Part shown: positions 40,909 through 54,510 of the stretch, piece after piece | Position numbering within the stretch: the stretch's first letter is position 1 | How the letters are laid out: the number at the start of each line of letters is the position of its first letter | Origin: Eledone cirrhosa | Taxonomy: Eukaryota | Assembly (NCBI GenBank): GCA_964016885.1 | Contig: OZ024742.1 | Span: 191,518,001 to 191,582,000 of the forward strand | Direction of reading: 5' to 3' | Length of the DNA: 64,000 nucleotides | Position numbers and translations under genes: made by a program | The notes under the pieces: model-generated | What the model was told of the DNA's origin: nothing | Seen by the model: the letters and a program-made list of their open reading frames with translations, nothing else | Database searches by the model: none

Positions 40909-41488
40909 AAAATGGAATGTTTATTAAATATGGATTTGAAAACAAAATTCAGGAAATATGAAAGTGAGGCTGAAATCAAATCACGGGCAAACAATTTAGG
41001 GGAAAAAATATATAAATAAATATCCAGAACCTAAACATACACACACTCAAACACGCGTTTGTACGTAATAGTACGTAAACTTATACATTCTCACATAAAT
41101 GTAATTGCGTCTACAGGGAAATACGAACACACACATATAGACGTGTGATCTTTTGCTCACATATGCATGTGCGTATATATAGATTTTACGTTATTATTGT
41201 GTGAGTGTGCGCCTGTGTGTGTGCATGCGTGCGCAAAAGATCACACGTTTATATGTGTGCTCGTATTTCCCTGTAGACGCACACACACTTATGTGAGAAT
41301 GTATACGTTTACGTACTATTACGTACTATTACGTATAAGCGCGTGTTTGAGTGTGTGTACGTTTATATTCTGGATATTTATTTATATATTTTTTCCCCTC
41401 AATTTTTTGCCCGTGATTTGATTTCAGCCTCACTTTCATATTTCCTAAATTTTGTTTTCAAATTCATATTTAATAAACATTCCATTTT

Positions 41489-41552
41489 ATTCGTTCTGAC
41501 GACGGAAGAGAGATATACATATCTGCCTTCAAGAAACCACTGGTAAATGAAT
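41489..41552 (+). ncRNA. Type I hammerhead ribozyme (family C)
   Basis: ATTCGTT-CTGACGA-CGGAAG..AGATATACATATCT..CTTCAA-GAAA-CCACTGG-TA-AATGAAT. Confidence 0.78.
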
Positions 41553-41599
41553 TAATTATCTTATGTTGTTTATTACATAACTATATATATATATATATA

Positions 41600-42341
41600 T
41601 TTTGCCTTTGCTCTAAACCTGCTTCCCCTTTACTGTTTACTGTACTATTGCAACCATGCCACTGAAAAGAAAGAGTACCCTTAGCCGTAGGAAAACATCG
41701 TCTGTTGTTTCAAAAAAGAGGCGATTGAATGAGCAGTCTACGGATGCCGGACTGAATTTTTGGCCACAAAGTCCTGTTACTTCGCTTTCAAACTTAAGTA
41801 CCCCTAGCACAGCCCAACCCAGCGCCTCTCTATCTACGGTTACCGCTTCGAATCGTGCTATTCCTAATTGTCGGAATGCAGTTGCAACAGCCGCCTCTAG
41901 GGCAGCAGAGAGTGACAGCCAAAGAGTTCTTCGTAGGGCTAGGAATGCTGCAACTACTGCTGCTGCAAGGGTCTACAAAACTAAACTGCAAACAGCCACC
42001 AGACGGTCAAAGAACGCTACTTCAACCACCGCCTCCCGTGCCGCAGAAACCGACCAGGAGACAACCATCCGAATGTCCAAGGACTCCGCCTCCACCGCAG
42101 CTGCCAGAGCATCCCAGACCGAGATACAGACAGCCATCCGAAGATCCCAGAACGCTGTATCCACCGCCGCCTCCAGTGCCGCAGAACATCAAACAGCCCG
42201 CCGGTCACATTTCTATTATCATTACAACTTTGACATATTTTATATAAAGTGAATATGAGAAAAAAAAATTCTTCATATTTATTGTTTCCTAATCTGAATA
42301 AAAACAGCAGTACCCCGGGCAACGCCGGGTCATTCAGCTAG
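41600..42341 (+). mobile_element. Short non-autonomous Helitron carrying a RepHel N-terminal ORF (41656-42252)
   Basis: 3' hairpin CCCGGGCAACGCCGGG then CTAG|T at 42341; basic N-terminus and ~22-aa RR.RNA..TAA.RA.ET repeats; 5' end hidden in (TA)n. Confidence 0.72.
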
Positions 42342-43067
42342 TATATATATAAAACATCTCAATACTCATCCATGCAGGTTTACGCGTTCGCATAAAACTA
42401 TTTTCATTATTATGCATAGCAAGATGGTCCCAAAGTAAATACATTTGTATGGTGGCAGCCATTTTAACAGTTTTCTCACCATTTCAGATGAATGTGCTGA
42501 TAAATAGCCAGATATCATTAGGAAAAGTTCAACATAATGAAACCATGATTTTATATTTATTACCTTTTTTCGTTTACAGAAATATGCCTTTCACTTAATC
42601 TGTAAAAGTAGTATTCAAAGCTTGTATATAATGCTAACGTCCTCAATATAAACATACACAGAAATAATGGTATGAGGCTGGTGTTTGTTTATCTTTAAGC
42701 AGAATATTCACTTTTTGTTTGGCTAAACTCACAAATAAAGAGAGAATAGATTTATTTCACATAGTCCTAGCTCCTCGTTTACAGAGACAAAAATATCCAT
42801 ACGCCGTAAGCAGAAAAAAAAGCAACAAAAACACAGGAGCAAGCCAATTGGTGAAAACAGTGTTCGTCATCAAGCCAGGAATATAATAATAATAAATGAA
42901 AAGCTCTAGGAATATATATAAGCAAAGTAATGTTTTTACCCAGTATATTTCAACGCAATATTTCATGGTTATCACTCTCTTTTCAAATGTAAAAATATTA
43001 ACGGTACAAGACAAAACTAACGATCTTCTTCAACTGGTCTGAGTGTTTGGATTACACATATATATTA

Positions 43068-43277
43068 ATAATGGCTTCTTATATAGTCACAAGGCCAGCA
43101 ATGCTGGGGGAGGGGAAAGTCGATTAAATTGACCCCAGTACGTTAGTGGTACTTTATTTTATCGACCCCGTAAGGATGAAAGGTAAAGTTAACCTCGGCG
43201 GGATTGAATTCAGACCGTAAAGGGGCGTAAGTCTATGCTGCAAAGCATGGCGTCCAGCCCTACCGATACTGCCAATT
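43068..43277 (-). mobile_element. tRNA-derived SINE
   Basis: Same core and A/B boxes as the other copies. Confidence 0.88.
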
Positions 43278-43652
43278 AATCAAAAGGGCACATGACGTTG
43301 GGGACAATACAAGGTAGTGAACCATAACAGAAGTAGGGTTTACATCGATTAAAGTGAATATGATACCAACAGAATAACACAGAACAGTAACAGTCCTATC
43401 AACTCTTCCTGTCCGAGTATAGCTTTCATTAGGTAAAATCTCCCCATTTGGCTTCATTTCTCCCCGTTTTGGGGCACTTTTTTTTCATGGCACACCTGTT
43501 TGGGTATTTAGAGTTTGGTAGATCTGCAATAATTATGCTGCTGTTACCACCAACACCACTAATAATAAATTCATCGGAATTAGCAGTTGACGCATCTTTT
43601 CAAATATATGTCACTGTCACACACGCACACACCCACAAACACACACACACAG

Positions 43653-43684
<32 letters not shown>

Positions 43685-43708
43685 CTATATATCTCTCTCT
43701 ATATATAT

Positions 43709-43830
43709 ATATTAAAATAACAGATTAAATTTTAAGCAAAGAATCGCTGCTTTCACACTTAACGATCATTTGCTTAAACTTTAATCTGTTATTTTAATAA
43801 ATATATGCTCTACGAGATTTATATATATTT
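43709..43830. repeat. Short fold-back of the family D terminus
   Basis: TATTAAAATAACAGATTAAATTTTAAGCAAA..TTTGCTTAAACTTTAATCTGTTATTTTAATA next to (TA)n. Confidence 0.75.
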
Positions 43831-44154
43831 ATATAATAAACAAGGACCCACACCCCACCCTCCCGCACCAAAATTAGACTTATCGTCCCCTACTTTTGCT
43901 CTTTACTCTCTTTACTCTTTGTTCTTGAATGTTTGGTTGGTAGAGTCCATAACACCAATCAAACCCCTTTTATAGCTCTGACGAATCCTACGGTTACGTA
44001 AGGAAGAAACATTGTAAGCCAATAAAAATCTTTTGATGTTGTAGACGCTCTTGTGTTCTTTATCATATATATATTTATATATATATAATCCTTATGGATC
44101 GCTCTTCGGATTTTAGTGTTCGCATTAATTATTGTTACTGTATATATATATATG

Positions 44155-44192
<38 letters not shown>

Positions 44193-45275
44193 CACAGTCG
44201 TGCGCGCACAAAATTATATACATATGTACGTTTACACACATGCATTTATATATGCACATGTGTGTGTATGTGTTATTACTGATGTTTTTCCGGGTGACAT
44301 TGCTTCTGATCCTCTCTGTACAGGACTAGTCTACGTTAATATCAATTTATTTGAAAGTAACCGTAAAGGCAGGCAAATAGAAGACAGGGATTTTGCATAC
44401 AGTTGTACTTCATTGATTGTCAACGCTGTGTTAAATTGGACTTATACAGCCATTTCAAAGCTGGTTAGTTAAGTTCACTGGAATCATATTCATACCTTTT
44501 TACCAATTATGTGGATATGTTGCATCATTAGCCATATAGCCGCAATTCTACACACATCCTCTCATTCTTTAGCATTGGTGAATGATGGAGTTTCAAAGTG
44601 TTGCATCCATTTTAGTCTCTTGTGGCAAGGTAGGCTATTCTAGTGTCTAGGGCAGCAAAATGTCTTGCTGTTTGTTGACGATATCTGAACATACTCCAGG
44701 TAGAACTTTCAAATTTCTCGTAATATAATGTTGCTGGCACTTGAAACACAACCTTTGGCAGTAATTGGTTCTAATTATATATATGACGTGTATTACATTA
44801 GCACAGTGGAATATCATCGTGATCAATGGTTGGTGTTGCACTTCATACTGAAATTTGGTACTATGCGTTCTATATATGATACAGTAATAGGTAACTTTAT
44901 CATATAGAATATCGTCTGATCTGTCCAGGTTTGTTTTTAACCTGATTAGTTCTTTCGTTGTTGAGCGGAACTATTTTTTCCTTTGTTAACTCCTTGAATT
45001 TACACGCCAAAAACCGGGGGTTGCTTCCAGGTTTGTTTTTAATCTGATTAGTTCTTTCGTTGTTTTGGTATTGTATGGTTGGGATTTGCCTACCGCAATT
45101 TTCAATTTGTCAAGCTATTTAAACGTAATGTTATTGCTCTAAGAACCTACTCTTATTGAGTGCTCTGCTACTCATTCCTTATTGTAAGTCGACTTTGCTT
45201 GGCCACAGCCAAAGCTTCGATCTTACTAAGCTTCCACTTGTATATATATATTTATATATATATATGTGGGGGGGG

Positions 45276-45337
<62 letters not shown>

Positions 45338-45350
45338 GTGTGTGTGCGTT

Positions 45351-45400
<50 letters not shown>

Positions 45401-45814
45401 TACATATATATATAGAAATACAGTATGTTGAAAAGTTAACACACTAGAGAGAGATACAGTGCGCCATCAATAAAACATGGAAAAACCACCAGTGTATGGA
45501 ATCTATAACATATGTAAGGCAGAATATAGACACGATAATTAAAAATATAAATTAAAGCGTAAATAAATATCTCTATAACTATATAACACACGTTCAAATC
45601 CAAAGTGATCTGTTTCGCCAGTAAGTTGTTGACGGAAATAATATAACCCAGATTCATCAGCGTGTGTTAGGCTATACATTTCAGACAACACTAAGAGAAT
45701 TCTTAAAGCAGCCGTCCAACTACACGTGGGAGAGAGAAGTCACAGCGTGTTTAAGGGCAGTGAACCAGTTGCCTCTGAGGGACGAGCTGCTAGAAAGGGC
45801 AGCCCAAAACCACT

Positions 45815-46411
45815 CATTTATTTTTGAGACTCGAAACCGAAGCGGTAAAGGTAACCATAGTGAGTACAGTGAATTTTTTAAAATATATTTTGAAACTTTT
45901 TCTTATTTGTTAAACCTTGATTATATATGTTCTGGCTCGTTAGTTTATTAACCTGCCGTTGAACCACATTGGCATATGGTTGGACAATACATGTGTCCCT
46001 GGACGCTTTTTGCGTGTAGGGATATATACTTCATTATTATTATTGTCTCCTCTTGGTCGAGATAAAATTTGGTCGTTTTGACTGCTGCTATTTATAGTGG
46101 TAGTAGACTGACCTCCCTGCCTCTGCTTCTATCTTTACACACGGCACTGGACAGAATTGCTTCCACATCATTCATTCTCATCTCGGGAACAATTTTGAAT
46201 AGCACCAGTTCGTAATTTGAACTCTGGTATTTTATATACTCCGAGTGTAAAGAACCTTCTGACGAGAGTTTATCTTTTTAATAGAAGGCCGTAAGGACTG
46301 CCCATTTATTTTTGAGACTCGAAACCGATTCGGTAAAGGTAACCATAGTGAGTACAGTGAATTTTTTGAAATATATTCTGAAACCTTTTCTTATTTGCTA
46401 AACCTTGATTA

Positions 46412-46414
<3 letters not shown>
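45815..46414 (+). mobile_element. Second, diverged family B retrozyme-like tandem (period 488)
   Basis: Collinear with 38980-39572 over the whole monomer; same 3' end AAACCTTG.TTATA running into a microsatellite. Confidence 0.75.
46254..46340 (+). ncRNA. Type I hammerhead ribozyme (family B)
   Basis: ACCTT-CTGACGA-GAGTTT..AGACTC-GAAA-CCGATTCGG-TA-AAGGT; intact core. Confidence 0.87.
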
Positions 46415-46497
<83 letters not shown>

Positions 46498-46711
46498 TAT
46501 ACTGTAACTGATTAGTACAGGGGAGTCGAAAATATACCCTAAATTCAGAAATGATTGGACAAACAGAAATGTCCCACAGATATTATGATAACGAGAGAAG
46601 ACGGATATCTCAGAACGAGGAAACCAGATCGATTTACACTATTTTTAGGAAATTTAAAGTATTACATTTATTTCCAATATTATCTTGTATTCAACACAGA
46701 TATAGCTATAT

Positions 46712-46896
46712 AATTGTTTCTACTTTAGGCACAAGGCCAGCAATTACCCAGTGCATTACTGGTACTTTATTTTATCGACCCCGTAAGGATGAAAGGCAAA
46801 GTCAACCTCGGCGGGATTTGAACTCAGATCGTAAAGGGACGTAACTATGCTGGAAAGCATGGCGTCCGACCCTCCACCGATACTGCCAATCCACCG
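46712..46896 (-). mobile_element. tRNA-derived SINE, young subfamily
   Basis: Almost identical to the 24753 and 60170 copies. Confidence 0.92.
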
Positions 46897-47335
46897 CACG
46901 TATTATATATCCATCGAGTTACCTATCTATATACATATATAATTAGAAATATGCGTCTCTCATGTATCTTTTTCACTTTCTTCCCAGCATCAGGCTACTT
47001 TACCTGGATTATCAGTTATATATAATGATTGAATTTGTTATAATCATTTGCGTTAGGACATACATAGATAACATTTTTCCTAATACTCATGAAATCAGCC
47101 GTTATAAGTTCCAGTTGTTTGAACAATGGAATAGACGGCACGTAAACTAAACTTGCAAGTGTCTGAACATTTCACAGACCTGAAATGCAGGTTGAAGTCA
47201 TTTTTGAACAACTTGAAAAAAATCCTTTCCAAAAAAATGCAACATGCCGCCCGGAATCGAACTCACAAATTTAAGATTGTGGTCCGAAAACTCCCCAACC
47301 AGTATGCTACGGACATTCACTATATATATATATAC

Positions 47336-47386
<51 letters not shown>

Positions 47387-48412
47387 TACTATGTTATATT
47401 AACTTCGTACATAAAATCAACACATTCATAGATGCATAAATATTGTTCTTGACATTGATGCCGTTATATAACCACACATATATATTATCCACAGATAATC
47501 ACACACCTCTCATCAGCTCTATGTATATAGATGTCGGTAATTTATACGTTTGAAGCAAATATCCGCGTAAGTGTGAAATAAAATTATTATTAATACGGTA
47601 GTATATCATATTATTAAATGTGATTCCATTAATTTAGTTGGTTATTAAATAGATATCAATGAAAAACCAAATATATATTCAATGCACAAAGTCATGATGC
47701 ATCAACTTCAAACCAACCAACATTTTGACCTATACGTAGTCTCTCGACCTACTAGAAACAACACACTAATGTTCTTTATATCATAACGCTAATAGCGTGA
47801 TTCACAATTCTAATAGTTCGTATTATTTCTCTGTGGCTGGACTCTCTTGTAAATATGAGTTTCTACTTTAATAGTTTCTTTCCCTGAATATCAGTTATTT
47901 CCAACTCTCATACTTCTTGTTTTACATATACATTCACACATATAATGTAGTGATATATATGCCTTTCTTTGAAGCTTTCCTGTCATCGTAAACGAAGGGA
48001 ATTGGCTTCATTACAAAACTGGAATTGTGTCTACGTCCACTCAGCGGCAGTTGACAATTAATATTATTATTAGTATTAGGGTGGTGGATTGGCAGTATCA
48101 GTAGAGAGTCGGACGGCATGCTTTGCAGCATAGAGTTACTTAATCTTGCTTTATTTTGAACAACATTATCCATATGTAACTTTGTTCTTACTATAGATAA
48201 ATGTTATTTGACTGCTATTTCTTGCAGAACTGTTGTAGAAGTATTCATGTAAATGTATAGTGTATGTGTATTTGTGTGTGTGTGTATGTGTGTGTGTGTG
48301 ACTGTGTGTGTTTGTGTTAGTGTGTGTGCGTGTGCGTGTGCATGTGTGTGTGTGTGCATGCATGTATGAAGTATGTATGTAGCTTTGTACGTCATGTATG
48401 AACCTATGCACG

Positions 48413-48455
<43 letters not shown>

Positions 48456-48469
48456 ACATAAGATAGATA

Positions 48470-51400
48470 TGTTTCTTTATTTGCCACAGGGGCGCACAAA
48501 AATGGGACATTACAAGACGTGACGGCGGGGGTTTTACATAAAATCTTTAACAATGATAAATAACAATAAACTATATAAAAATAAAACAAATGAAATCCCC
48601 ATTAGTTTGTTGGAATGGGTAACGCTACTGCGGGGTTGTTTTACACCCCGTGGATAGAACAACCCTCAACACCAGGAACACGTTTTGTAGGTGTTCCCGT
48701 CTTCCCTCTGTTTATCTTCTCAACCTACAGGTTTATATACAGAGATGGCCCATTCACTCGGGCCATTTTCGCCATATTCACCCACATTTCAGCGAATTTA
48801 CTGGGGTGTAGTACCTCTCTCGACTCTCACCTACCATCTGAAATGGCACAAGAAGGGGATAAGTTGTTATCCGGAGAGAAAGGTGTTTGCCCTCAGTCCT
48901 TTTAACCTCGTACACCATGTTACCTCTTTCGCCATAGCCACCAGACAGAGGAAAACCGCCTCTCCTTCATTCTTAAATGAAGGCGGCGGGGTGATCCTCA
49001 CGATGGACTCGGCTGACAACTGGATGCATCCTACGCGTGACAGTAGCTGTTCGACATAATTCCAGAGGTCGGTCAACCCTGGGCACTGAACAATTGCGTG
49101 CAGAACGGTTTCGATGCCCTGCTCGCATCTTGGACAGGTAATTTTAGCAGCATCTCTGCCAGGGCATTCGTGCCTGTACATTTTGTCTCGAACTGCTAGC
49201 GCTCCTCGGTAGCAATGCCAACCAGAGACCCCTGGAAACTATCCATAGGCCCTGGACGGAAAGTCCTCTCGAACAGACTGGTCAGTTCGTCCTCGTCGAT
49301 GCCTAGAGTTTCCCCGAGAACGTCGTCGCACTTATCCTCCACTAATCCCCTATAGAATGTCGAGGTGGAGTCTCTGCTGATTGCCGTTTCCGCTTGGTAG
49401 AGGGCTGTGAGCGCCTGAAGGCACTCGAGGTGCCAGGCGCCCATTTTCGGTCTTCGCTTGACCCAGTACTGCATCTCTGTTAGTGAGACGGGTTATGGAA
49501 GAGCTCGTCTCACAAACGACAACCACACCGGCTCACCGGTAAGGAATACATGGAGATGGCGTTGCCTCAACGCGTGTTTGCGCATCATCAGCCACGACAT
49601 GCCCAGCCTTCCGTTAGAAGGGTGTGGATAGCAGATGGATCTCCTCACCAATGAAGCCTGTTTCTACCGGAAGAACTTGAAGAATAGGCGTTCCATTTTG
49701 GTGAGCTATTCGCGGGGACAAGGCACTGTCGAGCGGTAGTAGATGACGGACGTTCTGTAAGTGTTCGCCACCTCCGCTCGACCTTTCAAGGAGAGTTTGC
49801 ACTCAGTCTACTTCATGGTGAATGCAAACACCTTCGCCGTGACCTCGTTCCAGTTCTTGTCCACCTGAAGGTCTGGACCAAACCAGACCCCGAGCAATTT
49901 CACCGGTCCTTCCGTCCAACGTCCAACAACACTGTCGGAAGGCATGGATTTGCCTCTTAATGTGCCGAGTTACAAACCGACAAACTTGTTTGGGTGTAGT
50001 CTTGCTCCTCTCAACGTTTCGTATTCCTGTAATAGGTTGCCGATTACCTCGATTTCCGAGGTTTTAAACACCATCACAGTTATGTCGTCGGCATAGGCCG
50101 ACGTTGATTTCCGCAGTCCTGGTTCGATCGGGAAGCCCTGCAGCAGCTCCAACTTCCGCAGTAATGGCTCCATAGTCAGTACATACAGAATGGAGGAGAG
50201 AGGGCATTCCTGACGGATAGAACGCATGATTTTGAATGGCTCCGATAAGTAGCCATTCACCGTCACTGCCAAGCAGATGCTGGTGTGCATGGCAGCGATT
50301 CAGCCTCTGAAGACGGGACCGAAGCCAGCCGCCTTGAGAACCGCTTCTAAGTATTGATGGTCGACCTTATTAAATGCCTTAGACTGATCTAAATTGAGCA
50401 GAGCCCCACCGAAGCCAGATTTACAAACAACCCTTTCTATGATATATCGCATGAGGTGGAGGCTGATATGTATAGACCTGGTCGGGATTGCACACATTTG
50501 CGCTTCCCCTACCAGGTTCTCGACGACAAGCGCCAGCCTCGTTGATAACACCTTGGCCAAAATATTTAACTCTGTGCAGAATTATGGGCCTGAAATTGCT
50601 TATCTCATCCCCCTTGTTCTCATCTTTCCTGATCAGCGTTACTACGCCTCTGCCTACAGAACTGGGAATCCTCCTGCTCTGCTGCCAGTTGTAGTAGACC
50701 GCTTCGAGGACGCCAGAGAACAAGTCTGCCATGCCTATGTAAAACTCATAGAGCAGACTATCTAAACCGGGTGATTTGCGTTTCCCGCAGCAGCCTAGGG
50801 CATCTTCTATTTCGCCCGCTGTGATCGGCCTTTCGCAGCTCTCTGCATCCGTGCTCGAGAGTCGTGGTACACCGTCGAGGTAGGAACTGAAGTCCATCAC
50901 CTCACTCGACGTACCACCTTTCCCGAACAGTTGTGCTGGAAGGCCGTGCACATCTGCTTGGATTCAAGTAGAATGCGTCCATCTTTGTCTTGCAAAGACC
51001 GATTTGTGGATGTGTTGCCACTTTTCGCCTCTGCCACTCGGGCCCAGCCTTTTCTAGAGCCGTTCTCGCTTCTAGCATGTCAGCTGTACTGCCCTTCCTA
51101 AGTGCCTCTTCTACTTTAGCTAACAGTTCCTTTTCAGTTTTGTTTTTTCCTAAAGCTACTTACTTCCTTGCTAAATGCTATCGATTCTATTCTAATTGCT
51201 CTCTTGGGAGAGCTCTACCACCTGTTGTTGACGATCGCCCCCGTCAACTGGCACTGAACTAAGGTGCTAATTCGTTTACTGTAGGCTTTACGCGCCAGGA
51301 GCGACATGTTTAGCTTCCAGTATCCGGGTACCTGTCTATGTATTCTACCACGGTTGGCTATGCAGGTGACTAATTTGTGGTCTGAATAGGCAAACATGTG

Positions 51401-52417
51401 CATTTGTGGACAGCTTAATGTGTGTGTTTCCTTATCATTCTGTCTAATTAATCTATCTCAATACGATCTAGAAGACACAATGCGGTTGTTCCACGTCCCC
51501 AGTGGTGTACTTGGGAAGTCTAGTCGATATCTATCAGCCAGTTGGAATTGGCTGATGAGATTTTTGAGGCTAATACACCGCCCTCTATTATCATAAGCTC
51601 CTACCTAGTCCCAACGTGCGTCTAAGATGCCATTCCAGTCCCCCACTAATACTAAGGAGCGAAACGTTCCCAGGAATGGCTCGAGGCGCTTGAAGAACTC
51701 TGGTCTCGATTTCCCAGTCGGTGCATATATGGCCACCAATCTGAAAGCTCCACCTTTACTACCATTCACGTCAGGACCACCAGGCTGCCCTCCGGCTCCA
51801 AGTGAACCGTCTGTACTTAGAGTTCCAAGTTTTTTCGAAACAGAACAGCAACTCCCCCTCCACCTCCTGGCTGACAGAGAGATGCGTAGATTTCAAAATC
51901 ATCGAACACGGGGGTTTGCTGCTGCTTGTTATGAATCATGGATCGGTGATGGCTATCACATCTATACTATGTGACCTGAGATCATTTAAACGTGGGCCCT
52001 GTTTCCAGGCCACGTACATTCAAAGATCAAACTTGTATAGTCGCCGTGTTAGGGAGAGAAAAGGCAGTAACACTTACCATTTCGTTTCCTGGGGATCGGG
52101 TTGTTCGATCTCCATGTCCAGAATGGTGATGTTTGGAGAGGGAGGGAATCCTTTTAGCAGGTTACGGTTAAGGGGGTTTGGGCAAAGGGGGCCCACATCA
52201 TGTGGGAAGTTCCCTTTTAAAGTTTCGTACTGTAGGGTTGTTAACCTGATAAGTTTTTTCGAAAATATGTTGGATGTTATTTTGGGACACTGACCAGATC
52301 AAAGTTTGACCTGTCAGTCCCTCTACAAATTGGTATAAAAATAAAAGTTCACAATGACGAATTTTTAAAGAAATGTGTACAAAACTTTCCGAGCAAGTTT
52401 AACACGTGTCCATCCTA
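48470..52417 (-). mobile_element. L1/Tx1-clade LINE, ORF2 nearly complete but frameshifted
   Basis: APE (SDHKLV, GYWKLN), RT (KSPGLD, FRPIIL, LDQSKAFNKVDH, RQECPLS, AYADD), CPRC..ETVLHAIVQC knuckle, AATAAA at the 3' end. Confidence 0.92.
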
Positions 52418-52418
52418 G

Positions 52419-52494
<76 letters not shown>

Positions 52495-52495
52495 G
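52418..52495. repeat. (GATA)n microsatellite
   Basis: Perfect tetranucleotide run. Confidence 0.98.
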
Positions 52496-53160
52496 TGGTG
52501 AGGTGCGTAGATTTATAGAGTGCACATATGCATTGAGATAATTAGAGAGATATAAGGTATTTTAATCTAAATTAAAGAATAAACATATTTGAAGTGACTT
52601 TCTTGTTCAGATATAAGTTTAACATATCTTCATTTATGATATCTCTAATTTAAAGTGTGATTTATTAAAGTGAATATAGACTTCATATTAACAATTAGAT
52701 GTGTATACATTTGATAGCTTGTATGTACTGCATTGCGAAATGTTTAACAAATTAGTATCGCAATCATTTGGTCTGGGGTTCCATCACAGATTGGACAGAT
52801 TTATACAGATAGCAATTCTAAAATATTTCAGTACTATTTTTCTATCTTCAATTCATGAACTGACGATTAGGTTTGCATTTGGTTGGGAGACTTTTTAAGC
52901 CTTTTTTTTTTAAATATATATAGCACTACATTGTAATATTTTACACAGATGTTTCGGCTTCTAATCACTCATATGAAATCATCTGGAATGATTGATGATT
53001 TCATACGAATGAAAGAGTTTTAGTCCTGTAGAAGCTATTTCTATATTAAAAAATTATGTTTACACTCTTCTGATGTATTGAGTACCTTTTTAACTGTGGT
53101 TGCCCCCGATTTCAATCGGGATCTATACACATACATACACACACAAACAAACACATGCAC

Positions 53161-53225
<65 letters not shown>

Positions 53226-53699
53226 ACATACACACACACCCACACACACACACACACACATTTATATATATATATATATATATATATGCGCGAGTGGACA
53301 TGAATACGTCTTGTGCATTCTTGTATAATTTGAAAGAGGACATGACAAATGATCTGATTTTATATATTCATGCATGTGTTTATATACATGAAGCTGAATA
53401 ATTGAATGGGTGAGGATATAAGTATTCTTGTGTAAATGTATGAGTGCTTATTTGTTTATGAGTGTCTACTGTGAAATGTAAAACAGTAGAATATATTTGA
53501 ATAATTGAGTGGATAGTTTTTTATCGGTTCCTTTGTAAATCATAACGAAATGTGTTCTTGCTTGCGTTTCCTTTATTAACTGCGTTCTTTTCATTCACAT
53601 ATACTTAGCCTCAAAATACCTCACCTTTTAAACAGACGGCAGATTATCTGAACAAAACCAGGGGCTTATCATTTTCAGTGACGATCCTTAGCTTAGTGT

Positions 53700-54510
53700 T
53701 TAGAATGCTCGATTCAGGATAGTATTGTCACGGTTTCATTCCGGATGACACATTCTACCGTTGAGCGTTTAATGAGTGGTTTCAACGATAAGCGTGTTTT
53801 CAAAAATACTTGAATTAACGTGTTAAATTTTCCACAGATACATGTACCCTTAACGTGATTCTCGAAGTCGAATCAGCCTGACACAATGTGGCAAGGTTCG
53901 TTCTTTGAATTACAGGTGCAAACCATCTGACAGACTTCTTCACAGTTTGCCTGTACTCAACTTCAATCGCAAGCTGCTTCAATCGATCCAAGGCTGTGAT
54001 AAATATCATGCCACGAAATGGACCTCGATCCCTCGAACTTATTACTTCCTCATTCCCGTGTGATAGGAGAACATGTACTATCCACATTTTAGCCAAAATG
54101 GCATTCTATTTGCCATCTCTATTAAGGACTGGCTTAATATCAAGAGATGAGACAATTACGTCCAAGGAATGGGCCACCGTTAGTTTCGTAGTTGGGTCTT
54201 CATCTTGTTTGAGGGACAGAACATTCTGCTCGCGAAATTAACATGTAAGTGGCTGGGTATTCCAGAGACAGGTCTAACCAAATCATAATTCTGAGGGAGA
54301 TTCAGCTTGAAGGAGTGTGAGACATAGCTGAATTACAGGTATAATGCATCTGATCGGTTTCCAAACAATTTCTGTCTACACAATTCGGCTCACAAAGCAT
54401 GGGCCCGACTTGACGCTATGGTAAAAGACACTTGCCCAATTTCACACACATTGAAGCCGAACCTAGGACATGATGTTTGCTAAGCGACCTCTTTAACCAT
54501 TTAGCCCTGC
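53700..54510. mobile_element. Degenerate copies of a second SINE family
   Basis: Shared AAGACACTTGCCC..GAAC motif with 59600-59780 and 63890-64000; related pieces at 11740-11845, 28250-28400 and 33480-33700. Confidence 0.55.

Larger units (their letters stand above)
40822..41583. mobile_element. Fold-back element with HHR family C, arms ~40822-41167 / ~41225-41583
   Basis: ~345-bp diverged inverted repeat, one HHR per arm, right end in (TA)n. Confidence 0.75.

Noticed and set aside
44340-44840. Very degenerate Helitron helicase remnant on the minus strand
   Set aside because: Only faint motif resemblance; cannot be supported without a search.
45768-45850. Complete HHR using CTGAGGGA upstream of the truncated family B copy
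   Set aside because: Family homology begins only at 45815; the upstream core-like string has the wrong spacing and is likely chance.
47243-47315. tRNA gene on the minus strand
   Set aside because: B-box present but no full cloverleaf; more likely a SINE head.
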